Source of the DNA: a virus
Taxonomy: Duplodnaviria; Caudoviricetes
IMG/VR virus record: IMGVR_UViG_3300018405_000011
Reading direction: 5' to 3' (one strand)
Length of the DNA stretch: 64,000 nucleotides
The position numbers were made by a program, and so were the translations under genes. The notes under the pieces are model-generated. The model worked only from the letters and a program-made list of their open reading frames with translations. It was not told where the DNA came from and made no database searches. Shown in pieces: positions 49,443 to 57,351 of this stretch (position 1 is the first letter of the stretch; every line of letters begins with the position of its first letter).

Positions 49443-49907
49443 ATGAACATCGATGGATTTGAAACCCTCAGTCTTTACCCTAAAGAAAATATAGCGAGTT
49501 TTAAAATCCACGCTGCTAGACGAGAATATCTAAACTTTCTAGTAAACCACGAAGTCCGTGTGGTATGCCCTAAGTGTGGAAGTAAGCAGATACAGCTTAT
49601 GCCAGACGGAACTGTAGATAAGCCCGTATGGCGCTGCCGTTTAGACAAGGAGCGTTTCTCCGTAGACGGCATTCCTCTTGCCTGGCCCCAGGTTACACTT
49701 TTTGAGTTTATGACCCGCGTAAGAGCAAAGGTAGCGGAGTCACCTGACCACCTACCTCTCTTTACCCAACTTAAAGAACGGATACTGACAGGTGTTGATG
49801 ACAGCATCAGTTATATTGAAAAGTTAAAAGAACAACACCCGTATTGGGCAACTACCATTAACGATATTGAGCGCGATGCTAAACTGCTCTTTAACAGCGA
49901 GGTATAG
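49443..49907 (+). CDS. Hypothetical protein with zinc-ribbon-like motif
   Basis: CPKCGS...WRC; AAGGA RBS. Confidence 0.5.
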   Translation: MNIDGFETLSLYPKENIASFKIHAARREYLNFLVNHEVRVVCPKCGSKQIQLMPDGTVDKPVWRCRLDKERFSVDGIPLAWPQVTLFEFMTRVRAKVAESPDHLPLFTQLKERILTGVDDSISYIEKLKEQHPYWATTINDIERDAKLLFNSEV

Positions 49908-49910
49908 GCA

Positions 49911-50576
49911 ATGGGTACTAACCTAATTGATATTTTTGTAGCGCTATTAAGCCAGCCTATGGCAAAGAAAGAGTACTTAAACTTAGGGTACTTGCAGATA
50001 CGCGTTAATCGCCTTATTATTAAGATTACTGACATTACTGTAATTGCAGGCACCTACTGTGTCACTGGCACCATCATTGGTAAATTGAACGTTTCGGGGA
50101 AACACGTTTATTACGATGCCCCTAAAGAACTCATTTTACACATCAACGATGAAAATTGTCACCACTACGAACATACGGCAGATATGCCTACGTCGTATCT
50201 GCAAGGAAGTCTGCGCTTATTAGAACACGTTAGGGGCGGCGACCCTATAGACGTAGTCAATGACGCTGTTAACAACATGCAGTTAATCGGTCTCTACAAT
50301 CCCGCGACTCAAGAGTTACTCGAGTGCTTAATCATACCCGCTAGTGGCTATGACCATACGCGAATGGATGGGGTAAGTAAACACCTTTACTACGACTTAC
50401 AGTTTTTATGTCGTACAGCGAATTCTGTCTATTCACTGCCGGGACTAAAGCTTACTTATGCCGAACTCATTAGCTATTTACATAACTACCTTATCGTTCC
50501 TAAATTGATAGCGACAACAGGCGACGCTCGCTTATACGCCGATGTGCCAGAGTGGGCGTATTTAGGTAACATGTAG
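49911..50576 (+). CDS. Hypothetical protein
   Basis: GAGG RBS; 221 aa. Confidence 0.5.
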   Translation: MGTNLIDIFVALLSQPMAKKEYLNLGYLQIRVNRLIIKITDITVIAGTYCVTGTIIGKLNVSGKHVYYDAPKELILHINDENCHHYEHTADMPTSYLQGSLRLLEHVRGGDPIDVVNDAVNNMQLIGLYNPATQELLECLIIPASGYDHTRMDGVSKHLYYDLQFLCRTANSVYSLPGLKLTYAELISYLHNYLIVPKLIATTGDARLYADVPEWAYLGNM

Positions 50577-50591
50577 TCTTTAATAAACGTA

Positions 50592-50618
50592 TTTCCATAT
50601 AAACAAAACTTATTATAC
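50592..50618 (+). promoter_or_regulatory. Possible variant early promoter
   Basis: TTTCCA-N7-AAAACT-TATTATAC, a near match to the three consensus sites. Confidence 0.35.
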
Positions 50619-50630
50619 CCTAAGGATTAA

Positions 50631-51539
50631 ATGATGACTGAGTTTGAAAAAGCATTTGGTGTTCCGTCCAATGACCCTTCTCTAAGAGGGGCTTCGTTTC
50701 TAGCCCGACGAAACGAGTGTTACCGTTATGTTGGTGTACATACGCCTGACCCTTTAGGTGACAGTTATGTTGTACTACAATGCGCCATAACTGACGAAAT
50801 TTACATGCGCAGCGAGATGATTAGCTGGGGCGCATATAACCTGATGTTAAAACCGGAAAAGGGGAAGCTCATCTATATCGAAGGTGTAGACTCTGTAGGG
50901 AAAGCCACACAGACTCGTTTATTAGCGGCGCATCTACGTAGTCTAGGAAAATATGTGGTTACCTTAACCTACCCTAACTATGGTAAACCGATTGGTCAAA
51001 TCATTAAACGTTATTTAAATGGAGAGTTCGGTGAAGCGTCTACTATACATCCAGAACTCATAAGCTGCGCGTATGCCTTAGACCGAGCTAAAGACTCCAG
51101 CTTTATTAAGCAGGCACTAGAAGACGGCCACTGGGTTATCCTAGATAGAAGCCCCTATTCTAACAGTGCCTTCCAAGGAGGTAAGCTCGACCATGAAGAC
51201 GGGATGGTGGTAGCACGTCACCTAGCAGCATTAGAGTTTGATGCAGTAAACTTCCCTAAACCAGATAAAGTGTTCTTCTTAGATGCTAAACCATCGATAG
51301 CGATGGAGCTTATGGCTTCTCGCTCTAAACATGCCAGCGTTGCCGCTGATGGTAAGAAAGACCAACATGAATCTAATCATCAACTCTTAGACTCAGCCTA
51401 TGGCATCTATAAAGCTCTCTGTGAAGAGAACAGCGAGTGGGAAGGCATTCCTATCATAGATACGCAAACAGAGGCTCTGCGTACACCAGAGGCCATTAGT
51501 AAAGAGATACAGTCATTTGTATCGCAATGGATAAAGTAG
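50631..51539 (+). CDS. tmk: Thymidylate (dTMP) kinase with about 70 aa N-terminal extension
   Basis: IEGVDSVGKATQT P-loop, ILDRSPYSN..FQG, PDKVFFLD. Confidence 0.85.
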   Translation: MMTEFEKAFGVPSNDPSLRGASFLARRNECYRYVGVHTPDPLGDSYVVLQCAITDEIYMRSEMISWGAYNLMLKPEKGKLIYIEGVDSVGKATQTRLLAAHLRSLGKYVVTLTYPNYGKPIGQIIKRYLNGEFGEASTIHPELISCAYALDRAKDSSFIKQALEDGHWVILDRSPYSNSAFQGGKLDHEDGMVVARHLAALEFDAVNFPKPDKVFFLDAKPSIAMELMASRSKHASVAADGKKDQHESNHQLLDSAYGIYKALCEENSEWEGIPIIDTQTEALRTPEAISKEIQSFVSQWIK

Positions 51540-51554
51540 GGTAGACTGATAGAT

Positions 51555-51588
51555 ACAGGGAGTAGCACTGCGCTACTCCCTGTGTTTC
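51555..51588 (+). terminator. Intrinsic terminator
   Basis: ACAGGGAGTAGC / GCTACTCCCTGT plus GTTT. Confidence 0.75.
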
Positions 51589-51612
51589 TATATTGTTTAA
51601 AACCTATATTAC
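51585..51612 (+). promoter_or_regulatory. Early promoter
   Basis: TTTCTA-N8-AAAACCTATATTAC. Confidence 0.8.
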
Positions 51613-51647
51613 TTCAGTGAATGACTCTATTAATAAAGGTGAAGAAC

Positions 51648-52028
51648 ATGAACGCACAAAAAACATTTGAAGGCTACCATCCCGTCTTAGGTTACCGTTT
51701 AGTACACAACGAGCCCTTCTACCCATCATGGACGCTGGAAGTTATGGACGCGACCGTCACGGATACTGTGTCCTTAGGTTTACTAAGTGAAGGAAACCTT
51801 AAGGATGCCCTTCTAGCGTTTTCTCTAAAGTATCCAGGTAAGCAGGTTGCAGCAACCTCTATGGCTCGCCATCGTGCCGTGGCTTTGGACGGTGAGATAG
51901 TTAAAGAGCGTAAGTACGCTGACTTCTACCATGTTACAGATGACATCGAAGCTGAAGAAGAACGTATTTTCGACGGCATGTTACTGGCTGACCACGATGG
52001 CATGGGCGGATATCTGACAACAAAATAA
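51648..52028 (+). CDS. Hypothetical early protein
   Basis: ATG 51648 after AAGGTGA; first gene after the promoter. Confidence 0.55.
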   Translation: MNAQKTFEGYHPVLGYRLVHNEPFYPSWTLEVMDATVTDTVSLGLLSEGNLKDALLAFSLKYPGKQVAATSMARHRAVALDGEIVKERKYADFYHVTDDIEAEEERIFDGMLLADHDGMGGYLTTK

Positions 52029-52035
52029 TTTAACT

Positions 52036-52068
52036 TGGGAATAGGGCATATCTGCCCTATTCCCATTT
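52036..52068 (+). terminator. Hairpin, probable terminator
   Basis: 13 bp stem TGGGAATAGGGCA / TGCCCTATTCCCA followed by a pyrimidine tract. Confidence 0.7.
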
Positions 52069-52112
52069 CCTACTCCCTTTCTATTTTTATTATGAAAAAA
52101 GGATGACGAAAA

Positions 52113-52601
52113 ATGACTACAGTGGTACTACACAATAATAAACTTTATGCTGACCGTAAACGCTCCACCAACAGTTATTTTATCGAAGGTGATAAAATTT
52201 GCTTTCTCGATGAGAACACGGCCGTTGTATGGGCTGGCCCTGCTGGGATTATAGACCTCGTAACAACAATTGTAAATTCACCTAGAGAACCCGTCTTTTA
52301 TCCATCGCGTGACAAAGTGGTATCTATATTTTACTGCGTAAAAGGCCAATGTCCTGAAACATGGACAATCCAGCAGGACATGAAAAGTCATGAATGGTCC
52401 CTAGTTAATCGCTTTCGAATAGAAAGCAAAACCACTGGTTCAGGCAGTGGTTATGGATATGCACGTGGCGCATTGCTAGCGGGAGCCGATATTTTGGATG
52501 CTTTAGATATCGCAGTGATGTTAGATAACTATAGTGGTTTTGGGTTCGATGTTTTAGATTTAACCGATTTTACAATGACTAAAATTAAAGGAGCAAAGTA
52601 A
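52113..52601 (+). CDS. HslV / proteasome-beta-like Ntn hydrolase
   Basis: M-T-T start (Thr1 after Met removal), YADR, DKI, WAG, GSGSGY, AL.IA..LD..SG. Confidence 0.7.
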   Translation: MTTVVLHNNKLYADRKRSTNSYFIEGDKICFLDENTAVVWAGPAGIIDLVTTIVNSPREPVFYPSRDKVVSIFYCVKGQCPETWTIQQDMKSHEWSLVNRFRIESKTTGSGSGYGYARGALLAGADILDALDIAVMLDNYSGFGFDVLDLTDFTMTKIKGAK

Positions 52602-53122
52602 TGTTTATTTATGACGATAAAACCATTTACCTGTTTTCAGACACAATGTGCCCTCTAGGCAAAGAAACTCTGTATCCGATAGTACATGAATTCGAACGCG
52701 GCTGGTTACTTTTAGACCGAGCAGGTGCCCTTACTACGGCGATGTGTATCGTCGAAGAAATGCTAAAAACGAGAACGCTCGAGAACAAAGCAGTACAGAG
52801 CACCTTACACATCATCGACTGTCAGTCAACCTTTATCTATGTGCCGCGCCGTATTGACTTGCCCATTTATAGAATCATTGGCGGTAGAGCAGAAAACACA
52901 TCGGTTAGTATTGCTAACCCGGGCATCGGCGTACTACCAACAGAGCACGGAGAATACACCGACGAGATGATGGGTGCCCTTGCATACCACAAAGGGAATA
53001 TTCCAAAAACGTTAAAGGGCATCAATGGAAAGATGGGGTTTACTCTTTTACCTGGTATCGCATACCGAATGTCTGTAAAGAGTAATCAACGCGTCCTAAA
53101 GCATATCCGGAACTATAACTGA
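52601..53122 (+). CDS. Hypothetical protein, possibly a degenerate Ntn-fold paralog
   Basis: TAATG-coupled; IYLFSDT resembles VYSDT of the 53614 gene; no N-terminal Thr. Confidence 0.45.
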   Translation: MFIYDDKTIYLFSDTMCPLGKETLYPIVHEFERGWLLLDRAGALTTAMCIVEEMLKTRTLENKAVQSTLHIIDCQSTFIYVPRRIDLPIYRIIGGRAENTSVSIANPGIGVLPTEHGEYTDEMMGALAYHKGNIPKTLKGINGKMGFTLLPGIAYRMSVKSNQRVLKHIRNYN

Positions 53123-53140
53123 AGCATTAAGGGGGAGGGT

Positions 53141-53449
53141 ATGTGTAAAGAAGAGCATCGACACATAATCGCTTTAATAGGTGCTATACGCGATTCACAT
53201 CCCGACATGTTGAAGCTTTATATGGAAGGGCAGTGTTTTAACTTTGCTCAGATACTGAGAACCCAATTCCCTGGTGGTGAGTTCTGGTATTCCCATGTCG
53301 AGGGACATATGTACTATTTTTACAAAGGTAAATGGTACGATATCAGGGGAGTCCATCTAATGGAACCCATGGGCAGCAGTCGGTACAGTTTTCTCGATGG
53401 AGACCCAGCCCATCGTTGGGGCAGAAGGGACAAACGTAGACTGATATAG
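53141..53449 (+). CDS. Small protein with putative Cys-His-Asp triad
   Basis: YMEGQCFNFAQIL...GHMYY...WYDIRG; GGAGG RBS. Confidence 0.55.
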   Translation: MCKEEHRHIIALIGAIRDSHPDMLKLYMEGQCFNFAQILRTQFPGGEFWYSHVEGHMYYFYKGKWYDIRGVHLMEPMGSSRYSFLDGDPAHRWGRRDKRRLI

Positions 53450-53516
53450 ATAAGCTTAAATAATGCACGCTGTTACTTTATAGGGAGGTGTTAAAAATGT
53501 AACTCTTCCTTGACCA

Positions 53517-53524
53517 TATATTAC
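53517..53524 (+). promoter_or_regulatory. Early promoter core
   Basis: Intergenic TATATTAC, but without the upstream TTTCTA/AAAACC elements. Confidence 0.55.
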
Positions 53525-53542
53525 CCCCCTTAATTACTGATT

Positions 53543-53570
53543 AGGCAGGAATACACGTGTATTCCTGCCT
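53543..53570. repeat. Perfect 28 bp palindrome followed by a T-run
   Basis: AGGCAGGAATACAC|GTGTATTCCTGCCT then GTCTATTTTTT. Confidence 0.85.
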
Positions 53571-53613
53571 GTCTATTTTTTAACCCCCCCTCCTTTTTTA
53601 TAAGGTGATTTTA

Positions 53614-54237
53614 ATGACTACGATTCTAACAACTAAAGACCGTGTTTATTCCGATACGCAAATGGGTAATGGATCCATGGTTGCTAACGAAAAGGTCTTA
53701 AAATTTATTCCTATGACTGAAGGACGTATCGCTTATTGCTGTGGTACTGTTCCTAACATCATGGCGGCTATTTGTTTACTAGAGGACCCAGGGCGACACA
53801 AAGACCGCCTTAAGGAATCAATTACTGAAGTTACGACGTTACGCATTCTCCATTCCGATGGGTTCCTCGAAGCTCAGAAATTTACAAAGAATGATAAAGC
53901 ACCGTCCATGAGCCCATTATTATGGCACGGTTACTCAACCCATAAAGCTGTGGGGAGTGGCACGCCATTTGTAAACGAGTTTTATCGCATGGGCGGAATA
54001 GACCCTTTAAAGGCGATGGCTCATGCGGCTCGCTTTGATACCGCCACTGGGAGTAACTTTGTTAGTATTCCAAGACAGTGGAACAAAAATGTAGGTTGTC
54101 TACTTACTATACATGGCGAGGGGCGTAAAAAGGATAAAACTCTTTTACTAGAACATCCAGAGGACAAAAACTGGGCGCTGAATGTTCTTATGGGTGTCTC
54201 AGAATCCCAAGTATCTGTACTTAGCAGAAAACTATGA
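53614..54237 (+). CDS. HslV / proteasome-beta-like Ntn hydrolase with C-terminal extension
   Basis: ATG 53614 after AAGGTGA gives M-T-T-I; YSDTQ, NEKV, CCG, AVGSG, AM..AA..D..TG. Confidence 0.7.
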   Translation: MTTILTTKDRVYSDTQMGNGSMVANEKVLKFIPMTEGRIAYCCGTVPNIMAAICLLEDPGRHKDRLKESITEVTTLRILHSDGFLEAQKFTKNDKAPSMSPLLWHGYSTHKAVGSGTPFVNEFYRMGGIDPLKAMAHAARFDTATGSNFVSIPRQWNKNVGCLLTIHGEGRKKDKTLLLEHPEDKNWALNVLMGVSESQVSVLSRKL

Positions 54238-54327
54238 AGTCGTAAGGAGGCGTTAAGCCTCTAGACCGATACTGTTTCAACCCCGTATCTTTTAAAATCA
54301 CATCTTTAATCGAAGAAGGAGTTCCAG

Positions 54328-54837
54328 ATGAATAAAACAACCGCAGTTATAAACGGAGTGTCGCTTACTGAAGGGCAAATAATGACGCTTTGGGTAGCAT
54401 TAAATTCTTTTAACTCTAACCTAGATGCGCATGGTCTTGGCACTGACCCGGTCGGCATTGGGATAACCAATGGGTACAAAACCCGTATTAAGGAACTGTA
54501 CCCTCTATTTACAGGCACGGAAGAAGGTCCTGCCCTACATCCTGATACGGCGGACATGGTTGACAATACCGTACTTGCACTTAAGGCTAAGTTACTTAAT
54601 GCGCAGGAAAAGTATGAGTTAAAAGATGGAGCACTGTCGAACAAGAACATTACTGAAGACGACGGGAAACGCTTCTTTGTGTCACCAGAGGGCTGTGTTA
54701 AAGCATTACACGGCCATCTGCTCAAGGGGGACATCCTCGACAGCATGGCCTATTTAGTCTTTCTTCATCACATGACTGGTGAAAGCGATAAGGTTGATGT
54801 ATTAGCAAGCTACTTTGGAGGGATTAATAATGGCTAA
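54328..54837 (+). CDS. Hypothetical two-domain protein
   Basis: AAGGAG RBS; C-terminal half has L..HLLKGD..D.MAYL..L. Confidence 0.5.
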   Translation: MNKTTAVINGVSLTEGQIMTLWVALNSFNSNLDAHGLGTDPVGIGITNGYKTRIKELYPLFTGTEEGPALHPDTADMVDNTVLALKAKLLNAQEKYELKDGALSNKNITEDDGKRFFVSPEGCVKALHGHLLKGDILDSMAYLVFLHHMTGESDKVDVLASYFGGINNG

Positions 54838-55159
54838 GGGTAACGATGGCGCTGTTAAAGGTGAAGCTAAGAACAACACTGTGTGGATGAGCCCGGCGGG
54901 AATTAAGGCGCAGAAACACAAACAGTTATCCGCGGTATCAGTTAAAGTACTTCATTTAGGTGGCGTAAAAGAGCTGTTTCTTTCTAGAACACTTTTTACT
55001 AAGCGTGAGATTAGTGAGAGTGATAAGGAGGCACTAATGGATCATCTACGACGCAATGGCGGTGACTTAGATGGTGATACAGTAATGTTAATTCACGAAG
55101 TTTACCCTAACCTCATGGTTTATGTAAATCTCCTTAACAACACGGTTAAAATCATTTAA
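54830..55159 (+). CDS. Hypothetical protein
   Basis: ATG 54830 after GGAGGG, overlapping the previous stop. Confidence 0.5.
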   Translation: MAKGNDGAVKGEAKNNTVWMSPAGIKAQKHKQLSAVSVKVLHLGGVKELFLSRTLFTKREISESDKEALMDHLRRNGGDLDGDTVMLIHEVYPNLMVYVNLLNNTVKII

Positions 55160-55177
55160 TAAGAAGGAAATTCAATA

Positions 55178-55666
55178 ATGAATACTAATATGACAAAACC
55201 AATTGCAATTATTTGCATTGGTCCTGGGTGTTCAGGGAAGTCTACCTTTGCTCGCAAACTGGTTGCGGAAAAGCAATTTGTCGAAGTGAACCGCGACAGC
55301 ATTCGTTTTCCTGATGGGGTTATCGATTGGTCAAAGTGGGAAAGCACTCCAGCTAACGAGCAGGAAGTAACGGACGACTGGAACCGTCGCTTAGATAATG
55401 CAATTTGCTTAGGTAAGAACATTGTTATTAGTGATACTAATTTAAATGTTAATCGCCGTGAAGAATATTTGTCACGCAAGCTTACCTTAGCGGGCTACGA
55501 AGTAGAACTGAAGTACTTTGTAGAAAATCTACTTACTCTATTGACGCGCAATGCCGAGCGCGATAAAGACGCTCTGCCTGAAGAAGTTATCGTTTCGCAG
55601 CAACGGAGACTACTCCGTGAACTAATGGACGAAGCCGATGACGTTTTAGCTTCCATTCGTAACTAA
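55178..55666 (+). CDS. Polynucleotide 5'-kinase domain (T4 PseT N-terminal-like), without the phosphatase domain
   Basis: GPGCSGKST, VNRDSIR, VISDTNLN, RNAER...LPE.VI parallel the T4 PNK kinase module. Confidence 0.8.
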   Translation: MNTNMTKPIAIICIGPGCSGKSTFARKLVAEKQFVEVNRDSIRFPDGVIDWSKWESTPANEQEVTDDWNRRLDNAICLGKNIVISDTNLNVNRREEYLSRKLTLAGYEVELKYFVENLLTLLTRNAERDKDALPEEVIVSQQRRLLRELMDEADDVLASIRN

Positions 55667-55778
55667 CTTAAATAGGTAAGGTTTAAAAGACAAAAGAACA
55701 TTGAGTAGTTCTTCTGACACCTTGCCTAACCTTAGTTTTCCCCATTAACAATAGTCTATTATAAAAGGTAATATCCCA

Positions 55779-56153
55779 ATGAAACATATTAAGCATGTAA
55801 CCCTCGTTCAGCTCGAGCTCAGTCTCTCTATGTGTGTTATTAAGAATAACGGAAACGTAGTCGATGCTATAAACATGGAGATGGTCTTTTCGTCAGGTAC
55901 TTCCCATGAGTCTATTAAAGACGAAATTAGTAAGGTACTTTCCACCTTTAGCGTGGAATCCATGGAAGCAGGAAACATTAAGCCTCATTATGCCGAAGTC
56001 GCTAGCCGTATGTTAAGCAGTTTTGAAAATGCATGCCTACACGCAATAGATACTGCACCAGAGGACGATATACAAGGAACGCTGTTTAATTATACTTCCC
56101 CTTTAGAACCTCACCTACATGGCTCAGGTAAGATGTCAGCTTGGCGTCGTTGA
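55779..56153 (+). CDS. Hypothetical protein
   Basis: AAGG RBS; 124 aa. Confidence 0.45.
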   Translation: MKHIKHVTLVQLELSLSMCVIKNNGNVVDAINMEMVFSSGTSHESIKDEISKVLSTFSVESMEAGNIKPHYAEVASRMLSSFENACLHAIDTAPEDDIQGTLFNYTSPLEPHLHGSGKMSAWRR

Positions 56154-56185
56154 TAGGACTGAACCTCAGTAATACAGTAAAGCCC

Positions 56186-56217
56186 TTGCTAGAGGAGACC
56201 TTATTCTCCTCTAGCAA
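56186..56217. terminator. Hairpin/terminator; copy 1 of a 26 nt direct repeat
   Basis: TTGCTAGAGGAG / CTCCTCTAGCAA stem. Confidence 0.75.
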
Positions 56218-56326
56218 TAACACGTTACTTTTTTATGAACACGCGATAGACATCGTTATGGAACGTTGCCCGTGAAAGTGGATAACGCTAATATAGTAGG
56301 TAAGCTTAAACGTATAGGAAACCATA

Positions 56327-57316
56327 ATGTTAAATCCAAGTGTAAAAAGACGCATATTGCGTGAAGTAGTTGCTAACCACCTAAAAGGTGAGGAAGAAGT
56401 GTCGATGGAAGGCGTTTTCGATATTGTTAAACGTTTCTTCAAGGGTGGAGCGGTCTCCAAGACTTTAAAACAGGACAGGCAAAAATACTGGAAAGATAAT
56501 GTCGGACATTACCTTAAAGTTATTGAGCTGGCTAAAGAAACGGTTACAAAGTCTACCAGCGATGAATACACGCTTAATCTTAAGCGCATTTCGGGGCTTG
56601 TTCCGTCTAATGGCAAGGATTTTGATTTGGCATACTTAACAAGCTTCTTTGAGGATTATTATTCTACTAGAGATGCGTATGTTAGACTTTATGACTTTTT
56701 TATAGCAGAGATGGTAAAACTCGCTAAAAAGAAACACATTACGGAAGCCGACATCAAGGCCGCTGGAAGTAGAGTGACACAAGAAGGTATTAAGGTCATT
56801 GATATTAAGGAGAAGGCTACCTTCTCTTCTAAACATGGTGGACAGCGCTACAAGTTAATCGGTAACTCACCTGACCTGGCTGACGTACCTTATGTATCGG
56901 GTAATCCAGATGTTTATTGGGGGATAGATGCGTGGAAACAAAGAAGTAAAGTGACGGAAATGAGTCCGGCTAAACTTTCTAAAGATGAAATGCTAAAAAC
57001 TCTGTCACTTCTAGAGAAACTCATTAAAGCGGTTATCATTGAGCCATGTGACTCATTCAACAAAATTGATAAACTTTCGAGTACAGTCGGTTTTACCGTG
57101 GCTTCAAGCGAAGACATCATTACTGATGACGAATGGGACGAAAGTAGTAACCCTATTAAAGACCGTTTTTTAACATGGGATGACTATTTTTATTACATTT
57201 CGTGTTTCGACCCATCTGATGATGCCGGGCTAGATGAATGGTGGCTAAGTACCGACATTGATTTTATTGATGCCATAATCGAACCCGTCGCCACCGCCAT
57301 CGATACATTCCGATAA
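56327..57316 (+). CDS. Putative internal head protein with short propeptide
   Basis: EEEVSME/GVFDIVKRFF at aa 22-38, the same site pattern as the gp93-family genes. Confidence 0.6.
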   Translation: MLNPSVKRRILREVVANHLKGEEEVSMEGVFDIVKRFFKGGAVSKTLKQDRQKYWKDNVGHYLKVIELAKETVTKSTSDEYTLNLKRISGLVPSNGKDFDLAYLTSFFEDYYSTRDAYVRLYDFFIAEMVKLAKKKHITEADIKAAGSRVTQEGIKVIDIKEKATFSSKHGGQRYKLIGNSPDLADVPYVSGNPDVYWGIDAWKQRSKVTEMSPAKLSKDEMLKTLSLLEKLIKAVIIEPCDSFNKIDKLSSTVGFTVASSEDIITDDEWDESSNPIKDRFLTWDDYFYYISCFDPSDDAGLDEWWLSTDIDFIDAIIEPVATAIDTFR

Positions 57317-57351
57317 CTCATCTTTTTGATTTATATTGAAAAATTAGACAA

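Noticed and set aside
55779-56153. SMEA in the 124 aa ORF (and VSMET in 46209-46793) as head-protease sites
   Set aside because: Single mid-protein matches without an acidic helical propeptide; a three-residue motif is expected by chance.
13190-56240. TATG late-promoter motifs upstream of structural genes (about 13192, 42585, 43370, 56235)
   Set aside because: A four-base motif is too common to call without transcription start data.
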